From assembly GCA_963823655.1 (NCBI GenBank), contig CAWGMK010000013.1:1-64000 (forward strand): DNA of 64,000 nt, written 5' to 3'. Position 1 is the stretch's first letter, and every line of letters begins with the position of its first letter. A program made the translations under genes and the position numbers. Source of the stretch: an uncultured Bacillota bacterium. GTDB taxonomy: Bacteria > Bacillota > DTU025 > MWDF01. The notes beneath the pieces were generated by a model that made no database searches, was not told the origin of the DNA, and was given only the letters and a program-made list of their open reading frames with translations. This document shows positions 19,686 through 29,707 of the stretch, in pieces.

Positions 19686-22600
19686 TTACCTCCCGCCTGA
19701 TTTTGTGAGGGATTTCAAACGACCAATCAACGACTCATTCATTTTGTTTCTTTCTACGCGCCAGCCCCAATTGCCTTCAGCCGTCGCGGGAGTGTTCATA
19801 CGGGCTTCGGCTCCGAGCACCAGTATGTCCTGCAAAGGGGCCAGGGCCCATCGATATGGTGACTTATAAAGCAAATCGAGCATGAATTCCACATATTGGA
19901 TTTCGTTGCAATCAGCCGCCCTTTCGCACTGGGGCAGGGCTTTCATTGTCCTGTATCTCTGAAGCAGGGTCTCATTGTCATGTGTGCCGGTGTACGCGAC
20001 CCAGTGGCTGTCAGGATGGTCGGTTCCTCTTGGGATATCGTCCATGAACTGGAGCACTTTCATCCCGGGGAACCCCGTTGCTTCTCTTAGGTCAACGACG
20101 TCAGGCGTAATAACACCGAGGTCCTCGACGATTATTGGCAGATCTTTCCTTCCGTCGGCCATGGCGCGGAAAAGCTCAAGTCCGGGACCTTCCAGCCAGC
20201 GTCCGTGCTCCGCAGTGGGCTGGCCGCCCGGAATTGCGTAGAATCCGGCAAATCCACGGAAATGGTCAATTCTGGTATAGTCAAAATCCTCGAATGATTT
20301 TCTCATCCGCATATTCCACCATTCGTAACCGGTTGAAGCAAGCTTCTCCCAACGGTAAACGGGATGCCCCCAAAGCTGCCCGGTCGCGCTGAAGCTGTCG
20401 GGAGGAACGCCAGAAACCAGCAGCGGAGAGCCGTCCTGGTCAAGGCTGAACATATCCTGGTTCGCCCAGACGTCAGAGCTGTCGCCCGATACATAGATGG
20501 CCATGTCACCGATGATTTTTATTCCTAGGCCGTTTGCATGTGTCTTCAGGGCTTTCCATTGTTTGTCGTAAATATACTGGAGGAACTCATGGTACAGGCA
20601 TTCCCGTGCATGATCCGACCTTATCCTGGAAATCGCCTCAGGCTGCCTGGATTTCAGACTTTCGTCCCACTGCTGCCAAGACCTTCCAGGGAATAGGCCC
20701 TTTAGCACCATAAAGACTGAGAAATCGCCAAGCCAGTCCCGATTGGCATCCCTGAATTGCACAAATCCGTCAGTTTCTGGCGAGAACCTGGCAAAGGCTT
20801 TCCTGAACAGACTGTCCTTGTATTCTGCCACCGCTGCAAAGTCAACGAAGCTTTCAGGCAATGACGGCACGTAGGCAGTTTCTGAGCTTTCCAGCAAACC
20901 TTCCATTTCTAGTGTGTAAGGGCTAATCATAAGGGGATTGCCTGCCATGGCTGAGAAACACATGTATGGTGAGTTTCCCAAGGAAGGGGGATTCATCGGC
21001 AATACTTGCCAAAGCTTCTGTCCGGACTCATGCAGCAATTCGGCGAAATCATAAGCTTCGGGGCCGAAATCGCCTATTCCATACCTAGACGGCAGCGATG
21101 TGACATGCATTAACACTCCCGCACACCTTTCCATTGGAAGCTTTGGAAATAGGGGAGGGGAGTTTAGCGTGGTTGCGAAAGCGGCAGATGAGTAAGCACC
21201 TAGTCTCAGCTCCAAGCGCCCATCCATTGCGTGTGCGATAGCAGGGCCGAAGAAGAGGTCCTGGAAGATCGCTGAATTTTGTCCCAGCGAACTGACATCA
21301 AGCTTGAGATTTATTTGTGTATCGCCTGTGTTCATCGCCACCAGTATTACGTCGCGGCCACAGGTCCTCAGAAAAGCGAAAGTGCGACCTTCCGAGCAAA
21401 GCACCTTGAAATTCCCGGATCTTGCAGCCTTGTGCGCCCCTCTTGCCTCGCCCAGGGCCTTATACCACGACAGAAGCTCCTTATCCTCGTGGCCCCAAGG
21501 GTAGGTGCCCCGGTTAAATGGATCCGAGTATCCTTGCATTCCAGCTTCGTCTCCGTAGTATTGCATGGGTGTGCCGGGAAGAAGGAATTGCAGCAGACTT
21601 GCCAGCTTCATCTTCTTCCTGCCAATTTCAAGCGCGTCCAAAGGAAGGGTATATGACTCTCTTGCCTCCTGCCCAATGCTTCCTTCGTCGGGAGCCCCAC
21701 CTAGGAGCGTAAGCGGCCTTGCAACATCGTGAGAGCCGATGATATTCAAGTTGCATCTGAAGTGTTCGGGAGGATAGTTCTCCATAAGAGACCCATAGGC
21801 ACTGCGAAAAGCTGGGGCGTCAATTCTGCCTGCTACGAAGGATAGAATGGCGTCGCGTACCGGATATCCGGTTACGAAATCAAGCTCATGGCCCAGAAGG
21901 TATTCACGCCTTACAGAATAGCTCACTTTGTTAGAGGCGTCGTCCCAGACCTCCCCAATTAGAAAGGCATCTGGATTCTCCTGCTTGACAACCTTTCTTA
22001 GGCGTTTGATGAACTCGTCCGGAAGCTCGTCGGCAACGTCCAGACGCCAGCCGCTGACGCCGGCTCGCATCCACTTCCTTACTATACTATCCTGGCCCTC
22101 GACAAGAAAATCCAGGTAGGACGCGTCTAGTTCATTCACGTTAGGAAGCGTCTTGAAGCCCCACCAGCTGTCATAATCCTCAGGGAAGCTCTTGAATTTA
22201 TACCAAGAGGAGAAGGGGGAATCCTGGGATTGGTATGCCCCCTGCCCGCTGTAATATCCATCTTTGTTGAAGTATATGCTGTCGCTTCCGGTATGGCTGA
22301 ATACACCGTCTAGTATTACCTTCATGCCCCAGACCTGGGCCATTTCGCATAAGCTTCTCAGAGAGCCCTCGTCTCCGAGGCCGGGATCAATTTTTGAGTA
22401 GTCGGCCGTATCGTACTTATGGTTGCTCGGTGATTCGAAAATGGGTGACAAGTAGATTGCGTTGGCCCCCATTTCCCAGAGATAGGGTATTTTCTCTTTA
22501 ATGCCGTCTAGGTTCCCGCCGAAGAATGTCCAGCGCTTAATCGATCCGTCCTTGTAGCCTCTGATATAAAGTGGAATGTCGTACCAGTCGGCGTGCAGCA

Positions 22601-23075
22601 GGGAGCCTTTCCTGAGTCGTGGGACGTAATTGCCGGACTTATTAAACCTGTCCACAAACACATGGTAGACAATCCCTTCGCCAACCCATGAAGGCATGGT
22701 CTGAGGATCATAGACGGTAAGTTGGAAAGGCCTTGGATGATGTTGAACTGTGCGGCTGGTCCCTAAATCGCCTTCGGCCGCGCCTGCGAAGTACTCCTTG
22801 CCGGATGATCTTACTGAGAACCAATACCAGACAAGGCCCGCCTTGTCCGGCGTGAACTCAGCCGTGAAGGATCCCCTGTCCGCAAAGCTGCCAGAGGCTC
22901 TCATCAGTATAGGCGTTCTATGTTCTGAACCTGATATCTCAAGCGTAGCCGACGTGTCCGTTGATGCGCCCCTAACATCCAGGCGAAATTTCACCGTTGT
23001 ACCTGGGCGAACGGCCCCGAATGGCGACTTATATCTTTCATCCCTGCTGTCGTACTCAATCACTAGGCTATCCAA
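19686..23075 (-). CDS. Fused GH13 neopullulanase/amylopullulanase-like domain and GH77 4-alpha-glucanotransferase (MalQ)
   Basis: GH13: LDGVFSH, GWRLDVADE, GEVWD, GSHD, YYGDE. GH77 (after about residue 650): GVLMH.TSLP, LWQVLP, GQLWG.P.Y.W, RIDHFRGF, EDLG, YTGTHDN, RMNTP. Confidence 0.92.
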   Translation of the reverse strand: MDSLVIEYDSRDERYKSPFGAVRPGTTVKFRLDVRGASTDTSATLEISGSEHRTPILMRASGSFADRGSFTAEFTPDKAGLVWYWFSVRSSGKEYFAGAAEGDLGTSRTVQHHPRPFQLTVYDPQTMPSWVGEGIVYHVFVDRFNKSGNYVPRLRKGSLLHADWYDIPLYIRGYKDGSIKRWTFFGGNLDGIKEKIPYLWEMGANAIYLSPIFESPSNHKYDTADYSKIDPGLGDEGSLRSLCEMAQVWGMKVILDGVFSHTGSDSIYFNKDGYYSGQGAYQSQDSPFSSWYKFKSFPEDYDSWWGFKTLPNVNELDASYLDFLVEGQDSIVRKWMRAGVSGWRLDVADELPDEFIKRLRKVVKQENPDAFLIGEVWDDASNKVSYSVRREYLLGHELDFVTGYPVRDAILSFVAGRIDAPAFRSAYGSLMENYPPEHFRCNLNIIGSHDVARPLTLLGGAPDEGSIGQEARESYTLPLDALEIGRKKMKLASLLQFLLPGTPMQYYGDEAGMQGYSDPFNRGTYPWGHEDKELLSWYKALGEARGAHKAARSGNFKVLCSEGRTFAFLRTCGRDVILVAMNTGDTQINLKLDVSSLGQNSAIFQDLFFGPAIAHAMDGRLELRLGAYSSAAFATTLNSPPLFPKLPMERCAGVLMHVTSLPSRYGIGDFGPEAYDFAELLHESGQKLWQVLPMNPPSLGNSPYMCFSAMAGNPLMISPYTLEMEGLLESSETAYVPSLPESFVDFAAVAEYKDSLFRKAFARFSPETDGFVQFRDANRDWLGDFSVFMVLKGLFPGRSWQQWDESLKSRQPEAISRIRSDHARECLYHEFLQYIYDKQWKALKTHANGLGIKIIGDMAIYVSGDSSDVWANQDMFSLDQDGSPLLVSGVPPDSFSATGQLWGHPVYRWEKLASTGYEWWNMRMRKSFEDFDYTRIDHFRGFAGFYAIPGGQPTAEHGRWLEGPGLELFRAMADGRKDLPIIVEDLGVITPDVVDLREATGFPGMKVLQFMDDIPRGTDHPDSHWVAYTGTHDNETLLQRYRTMKALPQCERAADCNEIQYVEFMLDLLYKSPYRWALAPLQDILVLGAEARMNTPATAEGNWGWRVERNKMNESLIGRLKSLTKSGGR

Positions 23076-23112
23076 AATATCGACCTCCGATAGTTTAGCG
23101 CTTTCAGTCGAA

Positions 23113-23142
23113 GAGGGACAGCCCTGATAGGCTGCCCCCCTC
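23113..23142 (-). terminator. Intergenic hairpin after msmX (weak terminator or mRNA stabiliser)
   Basis: GAGGGACAGCC-loop-GGCTGCCCCCCTC with a poor U tract. Confidence 0.4.
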
Positions 23143-23163
23143 GCTTTGTAACATATAGACTGC

Positions 23164-24270
23164 TCAATTCACGATTACTAATTCTGTGGCCTTATCGAAA
23201 AGGTTTACCCTAGTTGCGTCAATTGCGAATTTCATCCTTGCTCCTACTTTTGCGGGAGACTTCGGCTCTACCCTGGCTGTGATCTTCTGCCCGTCGGATA
23301 ACAGGTACAGGAATGTATCGGAGCCAAGCGGCTCTACTACATCCACGTCGGCTTCAATCGTGCTGTCCTTCAGCATCGCCACCTTATCGGGGGCATCGAA
23401 GACGAATTCGGGCCTTATCCCCATGATTACTTCCTTGCCTGCATATGCCTTTGCGGCCTCGGCCTTTTCGCGAGGAAGCAATACGGAGTTCTTTCCATAG
23501 CGGGCAAATAGCCTGCCGTCCTCCTCAACGAGCTCCACTTTAAGCATGTTCATTTGAGGAGATCCTATGAAGCCGGCCACAAATAGGTTATTCGGCCTGT
23601 CATAGAGGTTGTTCGGGCTGTCAACCTGCTGAATGAGCCCGTCTTTCATGACCACGATCCTTGTGCCCATGGTCATGGCTTCCACCTGGTCATGGGTAAC
23701 GTAGATGAAGGTCGTGCCAACCTGCTGGTGCAACTTGGATATCTCCGTGCGCATCTGGGTCCTGAGCTTTGCGTCCAGGTTGGACAGGGGCTCATCGAAA
23801 AGGAAGACTTTCGGGTTTCGCACAATAGCGCGGCCCACGGCCGCCCTTTGCCTTTGACCTCCTGAGAGCTCCTTGGGCTTTCTTGCAAGAAGCGCGCTAA
23901 GATCGAGTATCCTTGCCGCTGCATCTACTTTCTGCAGCCGCTCCTCTTTGGGAAACTTCCTCAGCTTAAGGGAGAAGCCCATGTTCTCGGCTACTGACAT
24001 ATGAGGGTAAAGGGCGTAATTCTGGAAAACCATCGCTATGTCGCGATCCTTGGGGTGGACGTCATTTACAAGTTTGTCGTCGATCCTAAGTTCGCCGTCA
24101 GTAATCTCCTCAAGGCCTGCGATCATCCTCAAGACCGTAGACTTTCCGCAGCCCGAAGGGCCTACAAGGATAATGAACTCCTTGTCCGAGATCTCCAGAT
24201 TGAAATCAGTAACAGCCTGAACTCCTCCGGGATAGACCTTCGTAATGCCGCGAAGCGAAAGGCGTGCCAT
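23164..24270 (-). CDS. msmX: Sugar ABC transporter ATP-binding protein (MsmX/MalK)
   Basis: GPSGCGKS, VFQNYALYPHM, LSGGQRQR, FDEPLSNLDAKLR, TOBE C-terminus; GGAGG RBS before ATG 24270. Confidence 0.93.
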   Translation of the reverse strand: MARLSLRGITKVYPGGVQAVTDFNLEISDKEFIILVGPSGCGKSTVLRMIAGLEEITDGELRIDDKLVNDVHPKDRDIAMVFQNYALYPHMSVAENMGFSLKLRKFPKEERLQKVDAAARILDLSALLARKPKELSGGQRQRAAVGRAIVRNPKVFLFDEPLSNLDAKLRTQMRTEISKLHQQVGTTFIYVTHDQVEAMTMGTRIVVMKDGLIQQVDSPNNLYDRPNNLFVAGFIGSPQMNMLKVELVEEDGRLFARYGKNSVLLPREKAEAAKAYAGKEVIMGIRPEFVFDAPDKVAMLKDSTIEADVDVVEPLGSDTFLYLLSDGQKITARVEPKSPAKVGARMKFAIDATRVNLFDKATELVIVN

Positions 24271-24404
24271 CAGACGACCTCCATTCAATTGCGATGGTAA
24301 GATATATACATTAACATTTTATACACCCGGGCCACTTATTGGCAATATCAACCGGGCAACCGAGCTTTATGCCCAATTAAAGCGCATACAAGGTAACAGT
24401 CAGC

Positions 24405-24432
24405 TTGACTTGCCACTTAGAGCATGTAAAAT
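24405..24432 (+). promoter_or_regulatory. Putative sigma70 promoter of the malE-F-G operon
   Basis: TTGACT-N16-TAAAAT upstream of the substrate-binding protein gene. Confidence 0.5.
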
Positions 24433-24451
24433 TAAGTTAGTGGAATATAAA

Positions 24452-24469
24452 TGGTTGAATATTCAACCA
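24452..24469. promoter_or_regulatory. Perfect 18-bp palindrome, candidate operator
   Basis: TGGTTGAATATTCAACCA lies between the predicted -10 box and the AAGGAGG RBS. Confidence 0.65.
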
Positions 24470-24490
24470 ATAAATAAGGAGGCAAGACCG

Positions 24491-25717
24491 ATGAAGAGAA
24501 TCCTAGCTCTGGCCATTGTAACGGTAGTAATGGCAGCCATGGTAGTCAGCGCGGCCACAACCAAGCTTGCATTCTGGGAGCAGGATGACCCGTCCGCCCA
24601 GGTAGTAATGGACGAGCTCATTGCCTTGTTCGAGAAGGCGAACCCCGACGTCAAGGTCGAGAGGTCCCATTTCGAGACCGAAGACTTGAGGAAGAACTTC
24701 ATTGCCACCGCAATCGGCAGCGAGGGCCCCGATGTGGTATTCGGCCCCAATGACAACATGGGCGTGTTCGTGCCCGGCGGTTTCGTACTCTCTATGGAGA
24801 AGGTATACGGCAAGGCATACCTAGAGAAGAAGTTCGACGCCAATGCGCTTGAAGCATCAATGTATGAGGGCGAAATCTTCATGCTTCCCGACCGCAACGG
24901 CAACGAGCTGTGCCTCATCTACAACAAGAAGCTCGTACCAAATGCCCCCAAGAGCATGGAAGAGCTTATAACAATCACCAAAAAGCTGCAGGCCGACAAG
25001 AAAGTCGAATACGGCCTAGCCTTCAATACAACAGAGCCCTTCTTCACAGTACCGTTCCTCGGCGCCTTCAACGCATTCGTGCTGGCGAACCCCTCTTCAG
25101 AGAAGAACGCCAAACCTACGCTGGATAACGTGGGCTTCGCCAAGATGTTCGCTTATCTGAAGAACCTCATGGATACGAAGATCGCGGCTCGCGGAGTCGA
25201 CTACGGCGCGGCCGAAGGCCTCTTCAAAGAGGGCAAAGTAGCATTCCTTATCAACGGCCCCTGGTCGTTCGCAGGCTATGTTGACGCCGGGATGAGCATC
25301 GGCATATCGAGGATACCGTCCGTATACGGCGTATATCCCAAGTCCTGGACGGCAGTCAAGGGCTACAACATCGCCGCAAACACAAAGAAGCTTGACATTG
25401 CCAAGAAGTTCGTAGACTTCATGACAAGCACCGAAGCCCAGATAAAGCTCGTACCTGCCCACAACCAGATACCGACAACCCCTGAGGCAATAAATAGCGC
25501 AGCAGTGAAAAACAATGTGCTGCTGTCCTCACAGGCTGAAGCAGTAAAGTTCGGCATCCCGATGCCGATAGTGCCGCAGATGAGAGCTTGCTGGGACGCC
25601 CTTAAGGCAGTCCAGGCAGACGTATTCTCCAACCAGCTCAAGGCAGAAGATGCACCGGCAAAGGCGCAGAAGCTGGCCCTTGATGCTCTCAAGCAGATGG
25701 GCATAACAGTTAAATAG
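24491..25717 (+). CDS. malE: Maltose/maltodextrin ABC substrate-binding protein
   Basis: AAGGAGG RBS, cleavable signal peptide, GPD..FGP.D, LIYNKKL, F.EGK.A..INGPW, PMP..PQM...W; lies in a starch locus. Confidence 0.85.
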   Translation: MKRILALAIVTVVMAAMVVSAATTKLAFWEQDDPSAQVVMDELIALFEKANPDVKVERSHFETEDLRKNFIATAIGSEGPDVVFGPNDNMGVFVPGGFVLSMEKVYGKAYLEKKFDANALEASMYEGEIFMLPDRNGNELCLIYNKKLVPNAPKSMEELITITKKLQADKKVEYGLAFNTTEPFFTVPFLGAFNAFVLANPSSEKNAKPTLDNVGFAKMFAYLKNLMDTKIAARGVDYGAAEGLFKEGKVAFLINGPWSFAGYVDAGMSIGISRIPSVYGVYPKSWTAVKGYNIAANTKKLDIAKKFVDFMTSTEAQIKLVPAHNQIPTTPEAINSAAVKNNVLLSSQAEAVKFGIPMPIVPQMRACWDALKAVQADVFSNQLKAEDAPAKAQKLALDALKQMGITVK

Positions 25718-25747
25718 CCTTTCTCTTAGTCCTTTCTAGCGGGCTAT

Positions 25748-25786
25748 AATGGGAGAGGGGGTTATCCAAACGCCCCTTCTCCCATT
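25748..25786 (+). promoter_or_regulatory. Intercistronic stem-loop after malE
   Basis: AATGGGAGAGGGG/CCCCTTCTCCCATT without a U tract, typical of mRNA-stabilising hairpins after SBP genes. Confidence 0.5.
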
Positions 25787-25814
25787 CGCACATAAAGCCT
25801 AGGGGGTAATTAGC

Positions 25815-26726
25815 ATGCAGAATAAGAGGAAGGGCAAGTCTTATGAGCTTGCCAGGCCGAGATGGTATGTGCCCCTGATGTTCCTTTTGCCGGCCATACT
25901 CGTGCTTGTCGCCATGGTGGCATACCCGCTGTATTATGAGGTGAACATCTCCTTCAGGCAGGTGACCCTCTATAACCTTAGAAGCGGGGTCTATCCTTGG
26001 ATCGGTCTGGAGAACTATAAGGACATGTTCGAGGACCCGATGTTCTATTCCACCCTGATAAGGACGCTGGTGTGGACATTCGTTAACGTGGCGGCCCATG
26101 TGCTGGGCGGGTTCTTCCTGGCCATGATCTTGAACAGGAAACTTCCGGGCAAGGCTTTGATTAGGGTGATTCTCATCTTGCCTTGGGCTGTGCCGCAATA
26201 CATCGCCGCAATCGCCATGAGAAACCTGTTCAACGAGACTTACGGGCCAATTAACCTAATTCTCAAAGCCCTCTTCGGCGAGGGTGCCATGGTGATGTGG
26301 CTGAGCAATCCCAGGAATGCATTCGTAGCCGCCATCATAACTAATATCTGGCTGGGGATACCGTTCATGATGATGACTTGCCTGGGAGGCCTGCAGTCGA
26401 TACCGCAGGAGCTTTATGAGGCTGCTGACATCGATGGAGCAGGCTGGTGGCAGAAGACCAGGAATGTCATCCTTCCTCTTATGAAGCCGGTGTTGACACC
26501 GGCGATTGTGCTGGGAACCATCTGGACTTTCAATATGGTGAACGTCATATACATCCTCACATACGGATCTACCCATGAGGCGGCCCAGATTCTGGTCTCA
26601 ATGATATATAAGAGGGCCTTCGAGTTCTTCCGTTACGGTTATGCAGCCGCCATGTCGGTAGTCGTGTTCATTATACTGATCGGCTTCTCGAGCGTATTCA
26701 TACGCGCTCAGAAGCTCGATGACTAG
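25815..26726 (+). CDS. malF: Sugar ABC permease (MalF-like)
   Basis: IGLENY, ILPWAVP, EAA motif LYEAADIDGA..WQK, YGYAAA. Confidence 0.85.
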   Translation: MQNKRKGKSYELARPRWYVPLMFLLPAILVLVAMVAYPLYYEVNISFRQVTLYNLRSGVYPWIGLENYKDMFEDPMFYSTLIRTLVWTFVNVAAHVLGGFFLAMILNRKLPGKALIRVILILPWAVPQYIAAIAMRNLFNETYGPINLILKALFGEGAMVMWLSNPRNAFVAAIITNIWLGIPFMMMTCLGGLQSIPQELYEAADIDGAGWWQKTRNVILPLMKPVLTPAIVLGTIWTFNMVNVIYILTYGSTHEAAQILVSMIYKRAFEFFRYGYAAAMSVVVFIILIGFSSVFIRAQKLDD

Positions 26727-26741
26727 AAGGAGGGAGCAGGG

Positions 26742-27614
26742 ATGGCCATCAGCTGGAAAGCAAGGTTGAAGGAGCACTTCGAGAAGAATGATTCCTGGGT
26801 CAAGATAGTCGCAATATACCTGTTCCTCCTCCTGTGCTGCTTTATGACGATATACCCCATAAGCTTCATATTCACGGTCTCGCTAAGGCCGGGAAATCAG
26901 CTGTTCTCTACTTCGTTGAAGCTGATACCGGACAATGCCACATTCCAGAATTACATAAACGCCTTTACGAAGTACCCTATGGCCCGCTGGATGCTAAACA
27001 GCCTGCTGGTAGCGACCGTCACCGCGATATTCGCCGTGATTATCTCGGTTAACGCGGGCTATGCCTTCTCCAGGTACAGGTTCTTCGGAAGGAAGTTCGG
27101 AATGACCCTTCTTCTGGTAACGCAGATGTTCCCGGCTCCCATGCTGCTGCTTCCCGTATATCTGATGTTGGCCAAACTGAAGCTGACGAACAGCTACATA
27201 GGGCTGATATTGTGGTACGTTTCGACAGCGGTACCGTTCAACATCTGGCTGATGAAAGGGTATTTCGACACGATCCCGAAATCGCTCGAAGAGAGCGCTT
27301 TCATCGACGGAGCCAGCGTATTAAGGACTTACTGGTCGATAATCCTTCCCCTGGCAAAGCCTGCAGTGGCGTTATGCGCGCTGTTCGCTTTCATGGGGGC
27401 CTGGTCCGAGTTCATAGTCGCAAGGATACTCATCCAGAGCAAGAGCATGTTGACCCTGCCAGTAGGGTTGATCGCCCTACAGGGTTCGTTCTCCACGGAG
27501 TGGGGTACGTATTCGGCAGCGGCGCTTGTGACTGCCATACCTGTAACGGTGTTGTTCATTTCTCTGTCGAAGTACCTGGTAGGCGGACTGACTCTGGGAA
27601 GCGTTAAGGGCTAG
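26742..27614 (+). CDS. malG: Sugar ABC permease (MalG-like)
   Basis: AGYAFSR.RF.G, QMFP, KGYFDTIP.SLEESA.IDGA, GLT.GSVKG. Confidence 0.88.
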   Translation: MAISWKARLKEHFEKNDSWVKIVAIYLFLLLCCFMTIYPISFIFTVSLRPGNQLFSTSLKLIPDNATFQNYINAFTKYPMARWMLNSLLVATVTAIFAVIISVNAGYAFSRYRFFGRKFGMTLLLVTQMFPAPMLLLPVYLMLAKLKLTNSYIGLILWYVSTAVPFNIWLMKGYFDTIPKSLEESAFIDGASVLRTYWSIILPLAKPAVALCALFAFMGAWSEFIVARILIQSKSMLTLPVGLIALQGSFSTEWGTYSAAALVTAIPVTVLFISLSKYLVGGLTLGSVKG

Positions 27615-27636
27615 TGTTAGTTCAACATTAGTAATG

Positions 27637-27661
27637 AAGGCCGCCTCTAAAGGCGGCCTTT
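27637..27661. terminator. Terminator between convergent malG and amylase genes
   Basis: AAGGCCGCCT-CTAA-AGGCGGCCTTT. Confidence 0.7.
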
Positions 27662-27699
27662 GCTGTACTTCTATGGCAATTAGCTTTAGATCATCTGTC

Positions 27700-29099
27700 C
27701 TATTTTAGCTTGAGAATATAGACCGATTTCGGTGCCGCGGTTATTTTAATCACGCCTTCGGAAATCTGCCCCGAGATGCCACTTTCGAAAATGTCCGCAA
27801 AACCCGAAAAACCTTCAGGGGAGGGCAGTTTCAAAGCGAACTCTTTCTCCTCATAGCTTAGGTTCAGGAGCAACACTGTAGAGCCGCCCTCGAAGGACCT
27901 TTGATATGCAAAGCCGTTCGTGCCAAGATTGATAAGACTGATATCTCCGAAAACCAGCTCAGGGTTCTCTTTCCTGATCCTGGTTAGCGTCCTTACGACT
28001 TGGGTCATTGAGTTCTCCTCAAAGACCATGTCGCGCCTATTATCAGGGTCATTGCCGCCGGGAAGCGCAACTTCGGTGCCGTAATAGACAATCGGGATCC
28101 CGGTATAGGTCATCACAACTGATAGATGCCTGTTTCAGCCTCAGTTCAGGGTCATCTAGCCTGTGGATGAAGCGCTGTACGTCATGATTGTCAAGGAATG
28201 TGCCCATCAGCTCGCGTCTGGTGTACTGCCTGCCCGCCATGACCGCGTTCCAAAGCCCGATAGAGCCCTTATCCTTGCCGATGGAATCGCTTATCCCATA
28301 ATACATGGGGAAATCCAGGAAGCCGTCAATTCCTGTTTCGCTATAGCCGTCTATGAAAAACGCCCTGCTGTCGAATATCTCTCCCATCATGAAGAAATCA
28401 GGATACGTCTCTTTAATCGCCCCTGCGTACTGCGTCAGATACTCTTTCTGTACATGTTTGACGGTATCGAGCCTGAAGCCGTCGATGCCCGTCTCCCTGA
28501 TCCAGTACTTCGACATGTCGATTAGATAGCTCATCACTTCAGGATTAGCCTGGTTGAAATCCGGAAGGCCTGCAAGCCAACCGTTTTCGACCTGCGTCTG
28601 ATTGTTCCAGTCGTCTAATTGCGGCCCTTGCATGGAACCAGTCGGGCTTATCATAGACATAAGGATGGAGCGAACCGGTATGGTTGATAACGATGTCCAC
28701 GATGACTTTCATGTCAAGGCTATGGGCTTTAATAACCAGGTCCTTGAGATCCTGCATGGTCCCCAGATGTTCGTCCACAGCGTAGAAGTCGGTCGCCCAG
28801 TAGCCATGGTAGCCGCCCGATTGATTATCGACGACGGGCGTAATCCAGACCGCCGTAAAGCCGAGCGACTTGATGTAGTCGAGCTTGTCTGTCAGGCCGG
28901 GCAGATCCCCTCCGTGGTAGCCAGAAATGTCCTTCTTGTTCACATATGCCTCATTAGGCGCAGCGTCGAAGAACCTGTCCGTCATCACGAAGTAGATGAT
29001 GTCTTCCCTTCCGATTGGCTCAACAGCAAGCGCTCCGAATGATAAAATCAAGATTAGGGCCGCGGAGAAAATCGTCAGCAACCCGCTTCGCCTAGTCAT
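27700..29099 (-). CDS. Secreted GH13 alpha-amylase (frameshifts near 28620 and 28125)
   Basis: Three consecutive ORFs carry a signal peptide, IYFVMTDRF, YHGYW, DIVINH, GFRLDTVKH, GE, FLDNHD and GIPIVYYG.E. Confidence 0.88.
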
Positions 29100-29187
29100 A
29101 GCAAACACCTCCGAGTTTTCCTATGAGGTGATTATAACATTGTGCATAATCCATTGCAGCGCTCAAGGCGCCGAAGGAGGTCTCCGC

Positions 29188-29640
29188 ATGAGGAGGAAGG
29201 ACCGGCTCATTGAATCAAAAGAAGAGGTTGAGGCCATACTGCGCGAAGAAGAGGTAGGGTATATGGCAAGTTGCGGGGCAGATGGGCAGCCTATGGCGAC
29301 TCCCGTAAACTATGTATACTTCGATGGCAGGATCTTCTTCCATTGTGCCCTTACCGGCAGGAAGCTCGACAATATCAGGCAGAACCCGAAAGTGGGTTTC
29401 ACTGTGGTCAGGGATGTCGAAATCGACAGGATCAATATGACCACGTATTACTCCAGCGTCATGATAGAAGGGACAGCTTGCATAGTTGAAGACCCCGAAA
29501 CTAAAATGGCGGCAATAGAGGAGATAACACGCAGGCTCGCAGCGCCTGGCGAGGAATGCAATGACAAGACGGGCATGAGGACCGCAATCGTGGCTATCGA
29601 AATTGCTTCAATGGTCGGGAAAAGAAACAGGCCCAAGTGA
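29188..29640 (+). CDS. Pyridoxamine 5'-phosphate oxidase-like flavin-binding protein (NimA/NimC family)
   Basis: AAGGAGG RBS; MRRKDR.I, P.NYVY...IFFHCA..GRK.DNI..NP.V.F, Y.SV...G.A. Confidence 0.85.
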   Translation: MRRKDRLIESKEEVEAILREEEVGYMASCGADGQPMATPVNYVYFDGRIFFHCALTGRKLDNIRQNPKVGFTVVRDVEIDRINMTTYYSSVMIEGTACIVEDPETKMAAIEEITRRLAAPGEECNDKTGMRTAIVAIEIASMVGKRNRPK

Positions 29641-29707
29641 TGCGGATGCTACCGGGTTATGATAGAATTTTCCCGTAGTTGCATACCGCAATATAGGAGG
29701 TCGGAAT

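Noticed and set aside
24245-24490. N-terminal extension of malE in the ORF track (similarly 7881, 11456, 28996, 36501, 53654)
   Set aside because: Downstream starts have clear RBSs and match family N-termini; the extensions cover promoters or neighbouring genes.
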